A stretch of DNA of 64,000 bases from Chlamydiia bacterium (GTDB lineage: Bacteria > Chlamydiota > Chlamydiia > Chlamydiales > RGXB01). Where the stretch lies: NCBI GenBank assembly GCA_040382515.1, contig JBEIFH010000001.1:102810-166809 (forward strand). Reading direction: 5' to 3'. Below the pieces are notes generated by a model, which saw only the letters and a program-made list of their open reading frames with translations, was not told the DNA's origin and did no database searches. Shown in pieces: positions 38,592 through 47,503 of this stretch (positions are counted from its first letter, which is position 1; the number at the start of each line of letters is the position of its first letter). The translations under genes were made by a program, and so were the position numbers.

Positions 38592-39411
38592 ATGCATATT
38601 GGCCTCGATGCCCCACCATCTGGACCACCTGATCCCTGTTAGCTACTATGAAAAAATTCCCCTTTTGGTAAGAAATAACGACACAGAGGAGGCTTTGCTC
38701 GATTTTTATCCTTGGGTCCCCTACTACCGCTACGAGAGCTACCCCTATATGGATCAGATTGAGGCTTTTATTGGCACCGTGAAAACCGAGACCACACTCA
38801 AGGTGCTCCACCATGCGATTTGGGGAAAAACCCCAAAAATGGTCCGCTTGCACCATGGCCACTCGGATAAAATTCAGGATTTTTCCGACTACGACACGAT
38901 CCTTTCCTATAAAGATTTTCCTAACTACCGTTTAAAATTCTATAACGAATTTAAAAAAGAGCTTATGGCAGTGGCAAAACCTTTGTTACCGCTTCAAGAA
39001 AAGGAAAAACCGCTTCTGATTGCTTTAACGTGGGATACCCCAGATGTTGAAAAACATCTAGAGCTGCTTTGCCAACACCCAATGAAAGAGCGGTTCGTAT
39101 TTAGACTCCATCCCATTTTAGCCGATCGAGAGCTCATGCATATCAAACTTAAGGTCAAGCATGGGATCCATCTGTTGACCCACGATTGCCCGTACATCTA
39201 TCCCTTTTTAGACCTGCACGCAGGTATTTTAACAGATCGATCCAGTATCGGATACGATGCGCTTTATTTCCAAAAGCCTCTATTTGTACTAGATGAGGTG
39301 CCGCTGAAAAAATTTTCCTCTACCTCTTTGGATGAATGGATTGCAGCTTGTGACAATCCAAAAGGAAATGTCGATTTTCGAAACGAATACACCTCCATTT
39401 TTGGGGTTTAA
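38575..39411 (+). CDS. CDP-glycerol glycerophosphotransferase (TagB/TagF)-like protein
   Basis: HHLDHLIP, HHGHSDK, ALTWD, FRLHP, IYPFL, TDRSSIGYDALYFQKP. Confidence 0.7.
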   Translation: MTAPTKCILASMPHHLDHLIPVSYYEKIPLLVRNNDTEEALLDFYPWVPYYRYESYPYMDQIEAFIGTVKTETTLKVLHHAIWGKTPKMVRLHHGHSDKIQDFSDYDTILSYKDFPNYRLKFYNEFKKELMAVAKPLLPLQEKEKPLLIALTWDTPDVEKHLELLCQHPMKERFVFRLHPILADRELMHIKLKVKHGIHLLTHDCPYIYPFLDLHAGILTDRSSIGYDALYFQKPLFVLDEVPLKKFSSTSLDEWIAACDNPKGNVDFRNEYTSIFGV

Positions 39412-39457
39412 AAAACCTTTCGAAGGTCGGCTTGATGTATAAATTTGCCAACCGTTT

Positions 39458-40399
39458 TCACAAAGGGGGAAGAATTTGTACGTGGTCCAAAAATTGTAAC
39501 TCATGGACAGCCGGGCTTGCCTTGAGACCATAGGCATAACCACCCTCTTTGAGGGGGTCGATTTGGGTCACAACTCCCACCTCAAGGCCCCTTGGAAAAA
39601 CCCCATCGAGTCCGGTAGTCACCAATAGGTCTCCAACCTGAATCAGGTGCTCTGTTCTCAAGTCAAAAGGGCCCCCCTCTTCATCCGCAAAATCGTAATT
39701 GAACCCGTACCCGCTCAACGTATGGTGCGTTAGTCGCCAACTGGGATCTTTAACACCCTGAATCACCCCTTTGGCCAGCAAGGCCCCTTTTAAAGGGCGC
39801 GCTTTCTCAAGCAATGCCCGGATCAATTCCATAGTCAAAGTTTTTTGGCTATCGCTCTTAAAAAGGCTTTTTTCTTTTTCTAGGAGCGCAGCCAGCTCCA
39901 TGAGCCTCTCCTTTAGATAGATCCCCTTCTTCCCTCTGTCTACACGCACCGAGATTTGCAGCTTGGGGTCCGTAACAAGGCGCACAAGGCTCTTTTTTTC
40001 CAAAACCTCTTCCACAACCCCCACCACCCCTTTTCCAAGTACAACGGGGCTCTTTTTTGCTATCAAGGTGGACCCTAAACGGCGATTGTCCGACTCTCCC
40101 CGGTCAATCCAAACAAACGAACCAAAAGAGATATTTTCCCTATAAATCACCCTTCCCTGAATAGCCTCCCACTCCTTTTGCTCATAGTGCAACTGGTTGC
40201 GGATTGCATCCAACTCATCCTTCAATAAAAGGTTCTCAAGACTTAACAATTCTAAAGTGCTATCTCCATCTGAATCGTTACTGCTAAAAAGGGTTTGAAC
40301 TTTGGCACGTAACCGCATCTCCTTCACAAAAGGGATTTGAACGATCAAAAAAAGGAGAAAAGAAAAAATCAGTAAGGTAGATCCAAATTTTTTATCCAT
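39458..40399 (-). CDS. mreC: Rod shape-determining protein MreC
   Basis: TM plus coiled coil (LENLLLK), GRVIYR, SPVVLGKGVVGVV, GDLLVTTGLDGVFPRGLEVG; ATG at 40399 overlaps the aspC stop. Confidence 0.85.
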   Translation of the reverse strand: MDKKFGSTLLIFSFLLFLIVQIPFVKEMRLRAKVQTLFSSNDSDGDSTLELLSLENLLLKDELDAIRNQLHYEQKEWEAIQGRVIYRENISFGSFVWIDRGESDNRRLGSTLIAKKSPVVLGKGVVGVVEEVLEKKSLVRLVTDPKLQISVRVDRGKKGIYLKERLMELAALLEKEKSLFKSDSQKTLTMELIRALLEKARPLKGALLAKGVIQGVKDPSWRLTHHTLSGYGFNYDFADEEGGPFDLRTEHLIQVGDLLVTTGLDGVFPRGLEVGVVTQIDPLKEGGYAYGLKASPAVHELQFLDHVQILPPL

Positions 40400-41570
40400 G
40401 GGGCAGCCTTTCAAACACCTCTTTAAACCTAGCAAGATTGGAAGGATTGATCCCTAAAATATTCATCCTTGAATCATCCAGAAGATAAATGCTCTCTTTC
40501 CTTAAAGCAAACACCTTCTCTTTTTTTATCCCAAGATAAGAAAAGAACCCTTTCGCCTCTTTGAACTCCTTTTTGTGCAAAATCCAGGGCTCAAATGCCT
40601 CGAAAAAAATAGAGCGGGTCTCAACACTCCTTTTTCGATGCTCTTCGAGTTCGTCGATCCACATGTTTCTCAAATGCGGCTCGATAAGGATCTTCTCTAC
40701 TACTAGAGCTCCATGAGCCGGCGGATTGGAGTAATTTTGGCGGATGATTTGTTTGATCGTGCTTTGCATAGCCTCCATAGTGTGGCTGTGATTTACTATG
40801 AAAAGGGCCCCTACCCTTTCTCTATATAGATCCATCGTTTTGGAAAAACTGAATGCCACACACATTTCCAACCCCGATTGGTAAAAAAGATCTACCCCGA
40901 AACGATCTTTTTTTAATCCATCACCAAGCCCAAGATAAGCGATGTCAAAGAAAGGAAATAGCCCCCTTTTTTGGAACTTTTCCAAAACGAGTTTCCACTC
41001 ATCCTCAGTAAAATCGATCCCTGTGGGGTTATGGCAACAACCGTGTAGAAGAATCACCGCCCCTTTCTCAACAATATCCAGAAAATCAAAAAACTCCTTT
41101 TTCAGGGCTTTGTGCTTAAGTCGGTTGTAATAGGGGTACGTTTTCACCTCAAGACCTGCCGCCTTGAATACCCCGTGGTGATTTTGCCAAGTCGGATCTG
41201 AAACATACACAGGTCGGGGCATTTCCAATTTCAAATACTGCCCCAAAATCCTCAAAGCGCCGGTGCCCCCCACGGTTTGGGCCGCTGCTATTTGGGTGTG
41301 CGGTTCAGTAAAAAGAAGTTTTTTCGTCTCCTGTAAAAAAAGGGGACTCCCATCAATCGGCAGGTAGGTTTTTGTCTTCTCCTCCTCAAAAATCAGCTTT
41401 TCGGCCTCTTTAACGGCACGCATCACAGGGTTTTTCCCCTCGGCATCCAAATAGATCCCTACAGCCAAATTGATTTTTCTGGGGTTGGGGTCCTCCCTCC
41501 ACATTTTTCCTATTTCAAAAACGGGGTCGGCCGGTTGCGATCCCACGTGCTCAAAAAAAAGATGCCCCAT
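40392..41570 (-). CDS. aspC: Aspartate/aromatic amino acid aminotransferase (AspC/TyrB)
   Basis: KINLAVGIY, QTVGGTGAL, DPTWQNH, HGCCHNPTGID, DIAYLG, SFSK (PLP Lys), YSNPPAHGA. Confidence 0.92.
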   Translation of the reverse strand: MGHLFFEHVGSQPADPVFEIGKMWREDPNPRKINLAVGIYLDAEGKNPVMRAVKEAEKLIFEEEKTKTYLPIDGSPLFLQETKKLLFTEPHTQIAAAQTVGGTGALRILGQYLKLEMPRPVYVSDPTWQNHHGVFKAAGLEVKTYPYYNRLKHKALKKEFFDFLDIVEKGAVILLHGCCHNPTGIDFTEDEWKLVLEKFQKRGLFPFFDIAYLGLGDGLKKDRFGVDLFYQSGLEMCVAFSFSKTMDLYRERVGALFIVNHSHTMEAMQSTIKQIIRQNYSNPPAHGALVVEKILIEPHLRNMWIDELEEHRKRSVETRSIFFEAFEPWILHKKEFKEAKGFFSYLGIKKEKVFALRKESIYLLDDSRMNILGINPSNLARFKEVFERLPHG

Positions 41571-41802
41571 GGACCCTTCCTCACTACAAAAGCTCTCGTT
41601 ATCTTAGGGATTATCCTGAAAGGAATAGAATAGGACAACCTAAAAAAACTGTGGGTAAAACTTATTTTAAACAGGCTCAAAGTACCCCTATTAAAATAAT
41701 TTTTATAACATTATAAATAGGTTTTTTTTAAGCACAATTCTTAGGGCGCTAAATACAATAATAAGTTATAATATTGACTAGAATTTAACCCCTGTATCTA
41801 CC

Positions 41803-42426
41803 ATGACGAGTCTAATATTCCACCCTTATAACATTAAAGAAGGTTTAGGCGAAAAAACTTACGATCTATTGACATCTAAACCCCGCATTTGCGCCAAGTG
41901 GGTCAACTCTACAATTTCTCTTGGCCAAGCTGCGAATGCAGTTTCAAAAAAGAACCCCCTTCTAGGTGGGGCAGGTAAAATATGTGACGGAGTCAATTAT
42001 TTTTTTGCCTCTAAGTCTCTTTTTTCCTCGGTCCAAAGTTTCCCAACGACTGTCCGAAAGGCGACAAGCCTTAGACAAATTGGCCAGTCCGCTCTCGGAA
42101 TTCTCAAGCTTGTAAAAGATTTATTGAAATGCCTCACCTCTTATACCGGCCTTCAAGCAAAAAGATTAGGTTTTGGCCTAGACGCCGTTTGCACATTAGG
42201 TACAGCAGCCGACTCCGCACTGAATCTTAAAGAGCGTATTCAATCACCCTCTAAGTCGAATCCGCTGACGAAAAAATTGCAAATTATCGGGAATTCTCTC
42301 GACGTAGTTTCAGGCGGATTATTTTTGGGGTATACTCTTAGAGGACGCAGCATGCACCCTATCGTAGGCCCTTTTCTTGGCGCTATGAGTCTTTCAAACG
42401 CCATTGCACTGCACTACCTTACCTAG
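41803..42426 (+). CDS. Hypothetical basic, amphipathic protein with a hydrophobic C-terminus
   Basis: 207-aa isolated ORF with an AT-rich upstream region and a downstream hairpin. Confidence 0.7.
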   Translation: MTSLIFHPYNIKEGLGEKTYDLLTSKPRICAKWVNSTISLGQAANAVSKKNPLLGGAGKICDGVNYFFASKSLFSSVQSFPTTVRKATSLRQIGQSALGILKLVKDLLKCLTSYTGLQAKRLGFGLDAVCTLGTAADSALNLKERIQSPSKSNPLTKKLQIIGNSLDVVSGGLFLGYTLRGRSMHPIVGPFLGAMSLSNAIALHYLT

Positions 42427-42457
42427 ACTTTCTTTATCATCCGAAAATCCGGATCTG

Positions 42458-42486
42458 GGCCCTTTTCTTTTTTAAAAGAAGGGGCC
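42458..42486. terminator. Hairpin between the hypothetical gene and the convergent rpoD-tRNA unit
   Basis: GGCCCTTTTCTTT...AAAGAAGGGGCC. Confidence 0.55.
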
Positions 42487-42650
42487 AAATGCAGAGGTTC
42501 CCCCTTTTTTAATACTAGCATCAATAAGCACCTCCACGAGGTGTATTTAAGATGTCAGCCTTCCTCAAGAACCATAAACAATAAGCAAAAAATCTATTCG
42601 CTTATTAGTAGCTGAAATTAGTGGTTGTATTTGACTTTTTGAAAAAAGAT

Positions 42651-42723
42651 TGGAGCATAGCGGACTCGAACCGCTGACCCCAACGCTGCCAGCGTTGTGC
42701 TCTACCAACTGAGCTAATACCCC
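42651..42723 (-). tRNA. tRNA-Ala (anticodon GGC), CCA not encoded
   Basis: GGGGTATTAGCTCAGTTGGTAGAGCACAACGCTGGCAGCGTTGGGGTCAGCGGTTCGAGTCCGCTATGCTCCA; G3:U70 pair, anticodon stem CAACG/CGTTG, GTTCGA T-loop. Confidence 0.97.
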
Positions 42724-42730
42724 TTAAGAG

Positions 42731-44398
42731 TTATTCCTTACCCTCTACAGCCTCAAGGAATGCCTGGAGCTGTTTTGATCGGGTAGGGTGACGCATTTTT
42801 CTCAAAGCTTTGGCCTCAATTTGGCGCACCCTTTCTCGGGTTACCTTAAATTGAACACCTACCTCTTCGAGAGTTTTCGGCTTTCCGTCAAGCAAACCGA
42901 AACGTTCGATTAATACTGTACGCTCTCTGTCAGTTAATGTCGAGAGAACTTCGTTCATCTTGTCTTTTAAAATCGAATATCCGGTAGCATCTGCAGGAGA
43001 TTCTGTTCCGGTGTCCTCAAGAAAATCTCCAAACTGACTCTCGCCGCTATCGCCAACCTCGGCCTGAAGCGAGATAGGATGCTGTGCAATCCGGTAAATT
43101 TCGCGAACACGATCCGGTGTCAATCCGAGCTCTTTTGCCAATTCTTCCGGAGTCGGCTCTTTACCGGTTTCCATCATCAATTTTTTGGCTCCACGAAGCA
43201 CACGATTGATTGTTTCAATCATATGTACAGGAATACGGATAGTTCTAGCTTGATCCGCAATAGCGCGTGTTACAGCTTGACGAATCCACCAGGTGGCATA
43301 CGTGGAAAATTTGTAACCTCGACGGTATTCAAACTTTTCTACAGCCTTCATCAATCCCATGTTCCCCTCTTGAATCAAGTCCAAGAAAGACAAACCACGG
43401 TTTGTGTATTTTTTCGCAATCGAGATAACGAGACGCAAGTTGGACTCCACCATCTCCCTTTTTGCTTCCTGGCTCTTGTCCATCCAGCGCTGGAGCATCC
43501 GGACATCTTTTTTATACTCATCCAGAGTCCGCCCCGCAGCAAGCTCTCGTAGGAAAAGACGGCGTCTAGCTGAAAAAAGCTTTTGAGCGGCAAATCGGTT
43601 TTTTTCGGCCCTTGGAATCAGCTCCTTGATCTCTTTTTCAAGATAAAGAAGTCTGTCGTAGCTGGAAAGAATCACCTCTCCAAAATCCTCAATCACGGTA
43701 TATTTCAGATGCATGCGACGTAAGTAAGCCTGTGTCCTGATGCGACTTTTTTCAATCGCCTCAAGTACCTTGATCCTCTCGGCCTTGTTGTTCTCCACCT
43801 CTTTCATTTTTAAAAGTTGCGGTTCTAAAAAGGCATCCTCTTTTGAGAGGAGTTCCTCAAGCCTCGGCAAAAGCTGCATAAATTTGGCTCGATCTTCGAC
43901 CTCTTTTTCAGCGACGATCTTGTCAAATCTCTCCTTACCGGAGATTAGAAAACGGATAATTGAGCAAGTTTCCCTTTCAGAATACCTAAAACGCATGATG
44001 ATCCTTTCGATCTGCATCTGCGCTTTTTCAATCCTTTTAGAGATCTCCACCTCCTCCTCACGGGTAAGCAGAGGGACCGACCCCATTTCCTTAAGATACA
44101 TCCGGACAGGATCATCTGCAGCGGCGTCGGAGCGTTTCGGCAAAAGCTCTAATTCCTTAGCCTCTTTCTTGCGCTCTTTTTGCTTTTCTATCTCTGCTTG
44201 ATTGTAGATCTGGATATCCATCCCGCTCAAAAAGATCAAGACTTGATCGATCTCTTCAGCGGTATCAAACGTCATCGGAAGGATGTCGTTGATCTCTTCA
44301 TAAGTGATGAAGCCCTGTTCCTTAGCAACAGCAACCAGCTCCTCGATTTTTTGCTGATATTGAGGATCCGTGTGTTGACTGTCGGATGGTTTACTCAT
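42731..44398 (-). CDS. rpoD: RNA polymerase primary sigma factor (sigma66/RpoD)
   Basis: [76 protein letters not shown]. Confidence 0.98.
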   Translation of the reverse strand: MSKPSDSQHTDPQYQQKIEELVAVAKEQGFITYEEINDILPMTFDTAEEIDQVLIFLSGMDIQIYNQAEIEKQKERKKEAKELELLPKRSDAAADDPVRMYLKEMGSVPLLTREEEVEISKRIEKAQMQIERIIMRFRYSERETCSIIRFLISGKERFDKIVAEKEVEDRAKFMQLLPRLEELLSKEDAFLEPQLLKMKEVENNKAERIKVLEAIEKSRIRTQAYLRRMHLKYTVIEDFGEVILSSYDRLLYLEKEIKELIPRAEKNRFAAQKLFSARRRLFLRELAAGRTLDEYKKDVRMLQRWMDKSQEAKREMVESNLRLVISIAKKYTNRGLSFLDLIQEGNMGLMKAVEKFEYRRGYKFSTYATWWIRQAVTRAIADQARTIRIPVHMIETINRVLRGAKKLMMETGKEPTPEELAKELGLTPDRVREIYRIAQHPISLQAEVGDSGESQFGDFLEDTGTESPADATGYSILKDKMNEVLSTLTDRERTVLIERFGLLDGKPKTLEEVGVQFKVTRERVRQIEAKALRKMRHPTRSKQLQAFLEAVEGKE

Positions 44399-44407
44399 AT
44401 TTATGAT

Positions 44408-44436
44408 ATTGTGATATGAATAATACTTAATGTCAA
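44408..44436 (-). promoter_or_regulatory. Probable rpoD promoter
   Basis: Minus strand TTGACA (44436-44431), 17-nt spacer, CACAAT (44413-44408), 9 nt before the ATG. Confidence 0.5.
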
Positions 44437-44439
44437 GTT

Positions 44440-44955
44440 TTGAACAATCAGCGGGGGCAATCGGGTAAAGTGGAGGAAAAAAACACCGTACGCCCTCCCC
44501 CTCTTTTAAGGCGGGGAAAGAGCACCCTACATAGGGATATGCAGCACTTTTTAAAAAATGCCTATGGGGGAAAATATCTTTTTTTAGAAAAAAAATTCCC
44601 CTCTATAAATAGAACTGCCGACGTTGTTTTGATGGAAGAAAAAAGGGTCATCGAAATCCAAACTTCGCTCATTGGTATTGGGCAAATGCTTCAGCGCACC
44701 GAGGATTACAAGTCTATTGGATTCGAGGTGGTATGGTTATTGCATGATCGAGTTTTTCTCTCAAAACCGCCCCCTCTCGTGACTCGCTTTTTTTCAAGTC
44801 AAAAGGCCTATTTTTTTTCGTTCCACAACGAGAAATTATTTACTTTTTTCAACCTCGATCTAGAGCCCTGTCCACACTCTAAACTTTTCGCCAAAAATCT
44901 TTTTTTAAAACGGTGGATCTCTTGCTATTTTTGGGCGTTGAACCGGTGGGAGTAG
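44440..44955 (+). CDS. CoiA-like PD-(D/E)xK nuclease family protein (true start probably downstream)
   Basis: H...LE...RTADVV...VIEIQTS...RTEDY...GFEVVWLL. Confidence 0.75.
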   Translation: MNNQRGQSGKVEEKNTVRPPPLLRRGKSTLHRDMQHFLKNAYGGKYLFLEKKFPSINRTADVVLMEEKRVIEIQTSLIGIGQMLQRTEDYKSIGFEVVWLLHDRVFLSKPPPLVTRFFSSQKAYFFSFHNEKLFTFFNLDLEPCPHSKLFAKNLFLKRWISCYFWALNRWE

Positions 44956-45344
44956 GCGTAAAGCCAAATAAAATAGACGCTCACCGCCAGCGCCAGCCCA
45001 AAATGGACCAACTCCTTCATGGGAAAATATTTTTGAAGACTCAAGGATTCGTCATACGAATTTTTGTAAACGGTCCAAACCTCTTTGCGCATCCCTTCAA
45101 TCGCCTCTTCAGCGGTGAACTCGTTTATAAACTTTTCTTGAAACCGGTACTCCACTTGGTTTCCCCCCATTTGGAAGGCCGCCTCTAAAAAAAAGCTCCC
45201 CTTTGGACCCGGCTGGATATCAAAATGGTCTATACGGACGGTTTCGAGAGGAAATAGGCACTGATAGTCAAAAAACTTCATGACAAAATGTCCGCCTAAA
45301 TAAACATTGCTAGCAAAAATAAGAAAAAATAGCCCTTGCCACAT
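44925..45344 (-). CDS. Hypothetical membrane protein (N- and C-terminal TM)
   Basis: AAGGA SD; two hydrophobic segments. Confidence 0.7.
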   Translation of the reverse strand: MWQGLFFLIFASNVYLGGHFVMKFFDYQCLFPLETVRIDHFDIQPGPKGSFFLEAAFQMGGNQVEYRFQEKFINEFTAEEAIEGMRKEVWTVYKNSYDESLSLQKYFPMKELVHFGLALAVSVYFIWLYAYSHRFNAQK

Positions 45345-45414
45345 GAAAATCCTTTATGCAAAACGACCACCCTGTTATAGTTGGATCGATAGTTTTTAGG
45401 AAAGTACAATATCT

Positions 45415-45693
45415 ATGGCCGAAAAGAAACCAAAAGGTCCTCAAAAGCGTCCAAGCGCTCTCAAAAGAGACGAACAAGCCGAAAAGCGCCGCTTGAGAAG
45501 CCGTTCCCGCAAAGCCCAAATCTTTACCGAGCGCAAAAAATTGGAAGCAGCACCTGCCGACAAAAAAGTAGCGCAGCTCAGCACAGTTGCTAGTCTTTTG
45601 GACAAAGCTGCTAAAAAAGGGACTATCCACCCTAACAAAGCAAGCCGTTTGAAATCCCGTTTAGCTCTGCGCACAAATAAAGCTTTGGCCTAA
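45415..45693 (+). CDS. rpsT: 30S ribosomal protein S20
   Basis: SALKRDEQAEKRRLR, LLDKAAKKGTIHPNKASRLKSRL. Confidence 0.96.
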   Translation: MAEKKPKGPQKRPSALKRDEQAEKRRLRSRSRKAQIFTERKKLEAAPADKKVAQLSTVASLLDKAAKKGTIHPNKASRLKSRLALRTNKALA

Positions 45694-45722
45694 TCTTTTT
45701 AAAGAAAGATAGTCAATTACAG

Positions 45723-45750
45723 AGGGGCCCTTTTTAGGGTCCCTTTTTTA
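45723..45750 (+). terminator. Intrinsic terminator after rpsT
   Basis: AGGGGCCCT-TTTT-AGGGTCCCT followed by a T-run. Confidence 0.75.
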
Positions 45751-45752
45751 TT

Positions 45753-47483
45753 TCAGGACTTCCCCACTGCCTTAGCCGGCAGCTGTGTTAGAAATGTGAC
45801 CTCATACCTTTTGGGCTCGAGCTTTTTATAGACGGCTCGCAGAATCTCAACATTGATCTTAAGGTTCTGCATCAGTTTTCTAAAAAAGAGGCTCTCTTTA
45901 AAATCTTCCATCGATTTACGCGACGTAAAAATTAAAAAGGGGCAACGCTCTTCTTTCATGATGGCAAATTGAAATTGATCAAGGGAGTTCTTTGAGGTGT
46001 AAATATGGACGTTAGCAAACAGATTCAATAAATGGTCTGCTAGCCCCTTTTTTTCCTTAATGAAATAGAAATGGATATTTGGGCTGTATGTTGTCAAAAG
46101 GGCTAAGTCCATCCAGGTACGTGGAATAAACATGTACATTCTTTTTTGCATCCCCTCATCCATCTCCGGCTCCACCAAGTCTACTCGATAGATCCGGCCC
46201 AGTGTCGAGCTTAGGAGGTAATGCATGGATCTTGCAGAGAGGCGGCTGAATACATATCCGAAAAAGATCAGGGTGAGGCTAGCAACGAAGAAAAATCCAT
46301 TCCTAGGATTTTCGAACATAGAAATGGCGACAGATGCTACCGCAACCCCCAGAAAACTCAAAAAGTTAGTCGCAGCCACTACCTGCCCACGCTTTCCAAT
46401 TGCGGTATTTGTCTGGTAAAAAGCATCGAACGGGACGATATACATCCCTCCAGTCAGACCCAGAACAAACAGGCAGAAGGCCGTAGACCAATAGTACGGG
46501 ATCAAAGGGAGCAAGAAAAGAGCGATACCGGATGTGAGTCCGGCTATTGCGGAAAGGCCAATCTCCGCCTCCTTTCTTGAAAGCTTTCCGGCAGCCCAGC
46601 CCCCTATCGATATTCCTATTGCAGCAGCAACAAAAACATTCCCCCCATCCTCTTTTGTGAGCCCCAGGGTCTCTATTGCATACGGAACCATGTTCAATTG
46701 GACAAAAGCCGCAACAAATAGAAAGAAGGTCGATCCAAAGATAGAGGTAAGAAGGAAGGGAGTTTTATGGCAAAATTTTAGGGTGTCATACACCTCTTTA
46801 ATGAAAAAGGGTGAGGCTTTTGATGGGCTCTCTACTGCAGGGGTCGGGCGCACGCAAAGTGAACAGATAAACCCAACAAGTGCGATCCAGAAGCAAAAAG
46901 TAGAGGCAATGGTATAATCACCTCCGGAATAGGTCGAAAGGACCCCCCCCATGACCATCCCCACAATCACCGCCAGGTAGGTGGAGGCGGTAATGATCCC
47001 GTTTGCTTTGGGGATCTCCTCGCGAGGAACCAGCTCTGCAATAATGCTGTACTTGGGCGGTCCCATAAGAGCCGCAACCACAGAGAGCAAAAATAACAGA
47101 AAATAACAGGCTAATGAACTTTGGAAATAAAACGCTAAAATTCCTACCAAGGTGACAAGAACCTCGCCGAATTTCGACACGACTATGAATTTTTGTTTGC
47201 TGATCTTATCGGCGAGCTTTCCCGCAAATGAAGAAAAAAGGAGGAACGGGAGCACATAAACAATCCCTACGATCGACATGATCTCGCTGGAGCTTTTATC
47301 TCCTTGTATCGTGATCAGCAAAAAGATTGTTAGAAACTTGAACAGGTTATCCACAAGGGCGGAAGTGAATTGGGAAATATTATGAAACATCAAAGAATTT
47401 TTAAAAAAAGGGTTTCCCTCTTTATAAAACGAAAACCCTGTAAAACGGGCCCTCTGAAACGATGTTTTAGATTTAATCCTCAT
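45753..47483 (-). CDS. MFS transporter, LplT/Aas-associated lysophospholipid transporter-like, with a C-terminal extension
   Basis: QFTSALVDNLFK, LPFLLFSSFAGKLADKISK, GPPKYSIIAELV, GMYIVPFDAF; AGAGGA before the ATG at 47483. Confidence 0.85.
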   Translation of the reverse strand: MRIKSKTSFQRARFTGFSFYKEGNPFFKNSLMFHNISQFTSALVDNLFKFLTIFLLITIQGDKSSSEIMSIVGIVYVLPFLLFSSFAGKLADKISKQKFIVVSKFGEVLVTLVGILAFYFQSSLACYFLLFLLSVVAALMGPPKYSIIAELVPREEIPKANGIITASTYLAVIVGMVMGGVLSTYSGGDYTIASTFCFWIALVGFICSLCVRPTPAVESPSKASPFFIKEVYDTLKFCHKTPFLLTSIFGSTFFLFVAAFVQLNMVPYAIETLGLTKEDGGNVFVAAAIGISIGGWAAGKLSRKEAEIGLSAIAGLTSGIALFLLPLIPYYWSTAFCLFVLGLTGGMYIVPFDAFYQTNTAIGKRGQVVAATNFLSFLGVAVASVAISMFENPRNGFFFVASLTLIFFGYVFSRLSARSMHYLLSSTLGRIYRVDLVEPEMDEGMQKRMYMFIPRTWMDLALLTTYSPNIHFYFIKEKKGLADHLLNLFANVHIYTSKNSLDQFQFAIMKEERCPFLIFTSRKSMEDFKESLFFRKLMQNLKINVEILRAVYKKLEPKRYEVTFLTQLPAKAVGKS

Positions 47484-47503
47484 CGGATATCCTCTTTTAT
47501 ACG

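Noticed and set aside
42490..42650. Possible structured ncRNA (AATAAGC/GCTTATT and CACCTC/GAGGTG stems)
   Set aside because: Short stems, no recognisable 6S, SRP, tmRNA or riboswitch consensus; cannot be supported without a covariance search
41571..42723. tRNA-Ala-anchored integrative element
   Set aside because: No integrase and no duplicated tRNA 3' fragment seen; only one orphan gene
43079..44201. 157- and 153-aa plus-strand ORFs within rpoD
   Set aside because: Antisense ORFs of a highly conserved gene
45310..45674. Minus-strand ORFs overlapping rpsT
   Set aside because: Shadows of the S20 gene
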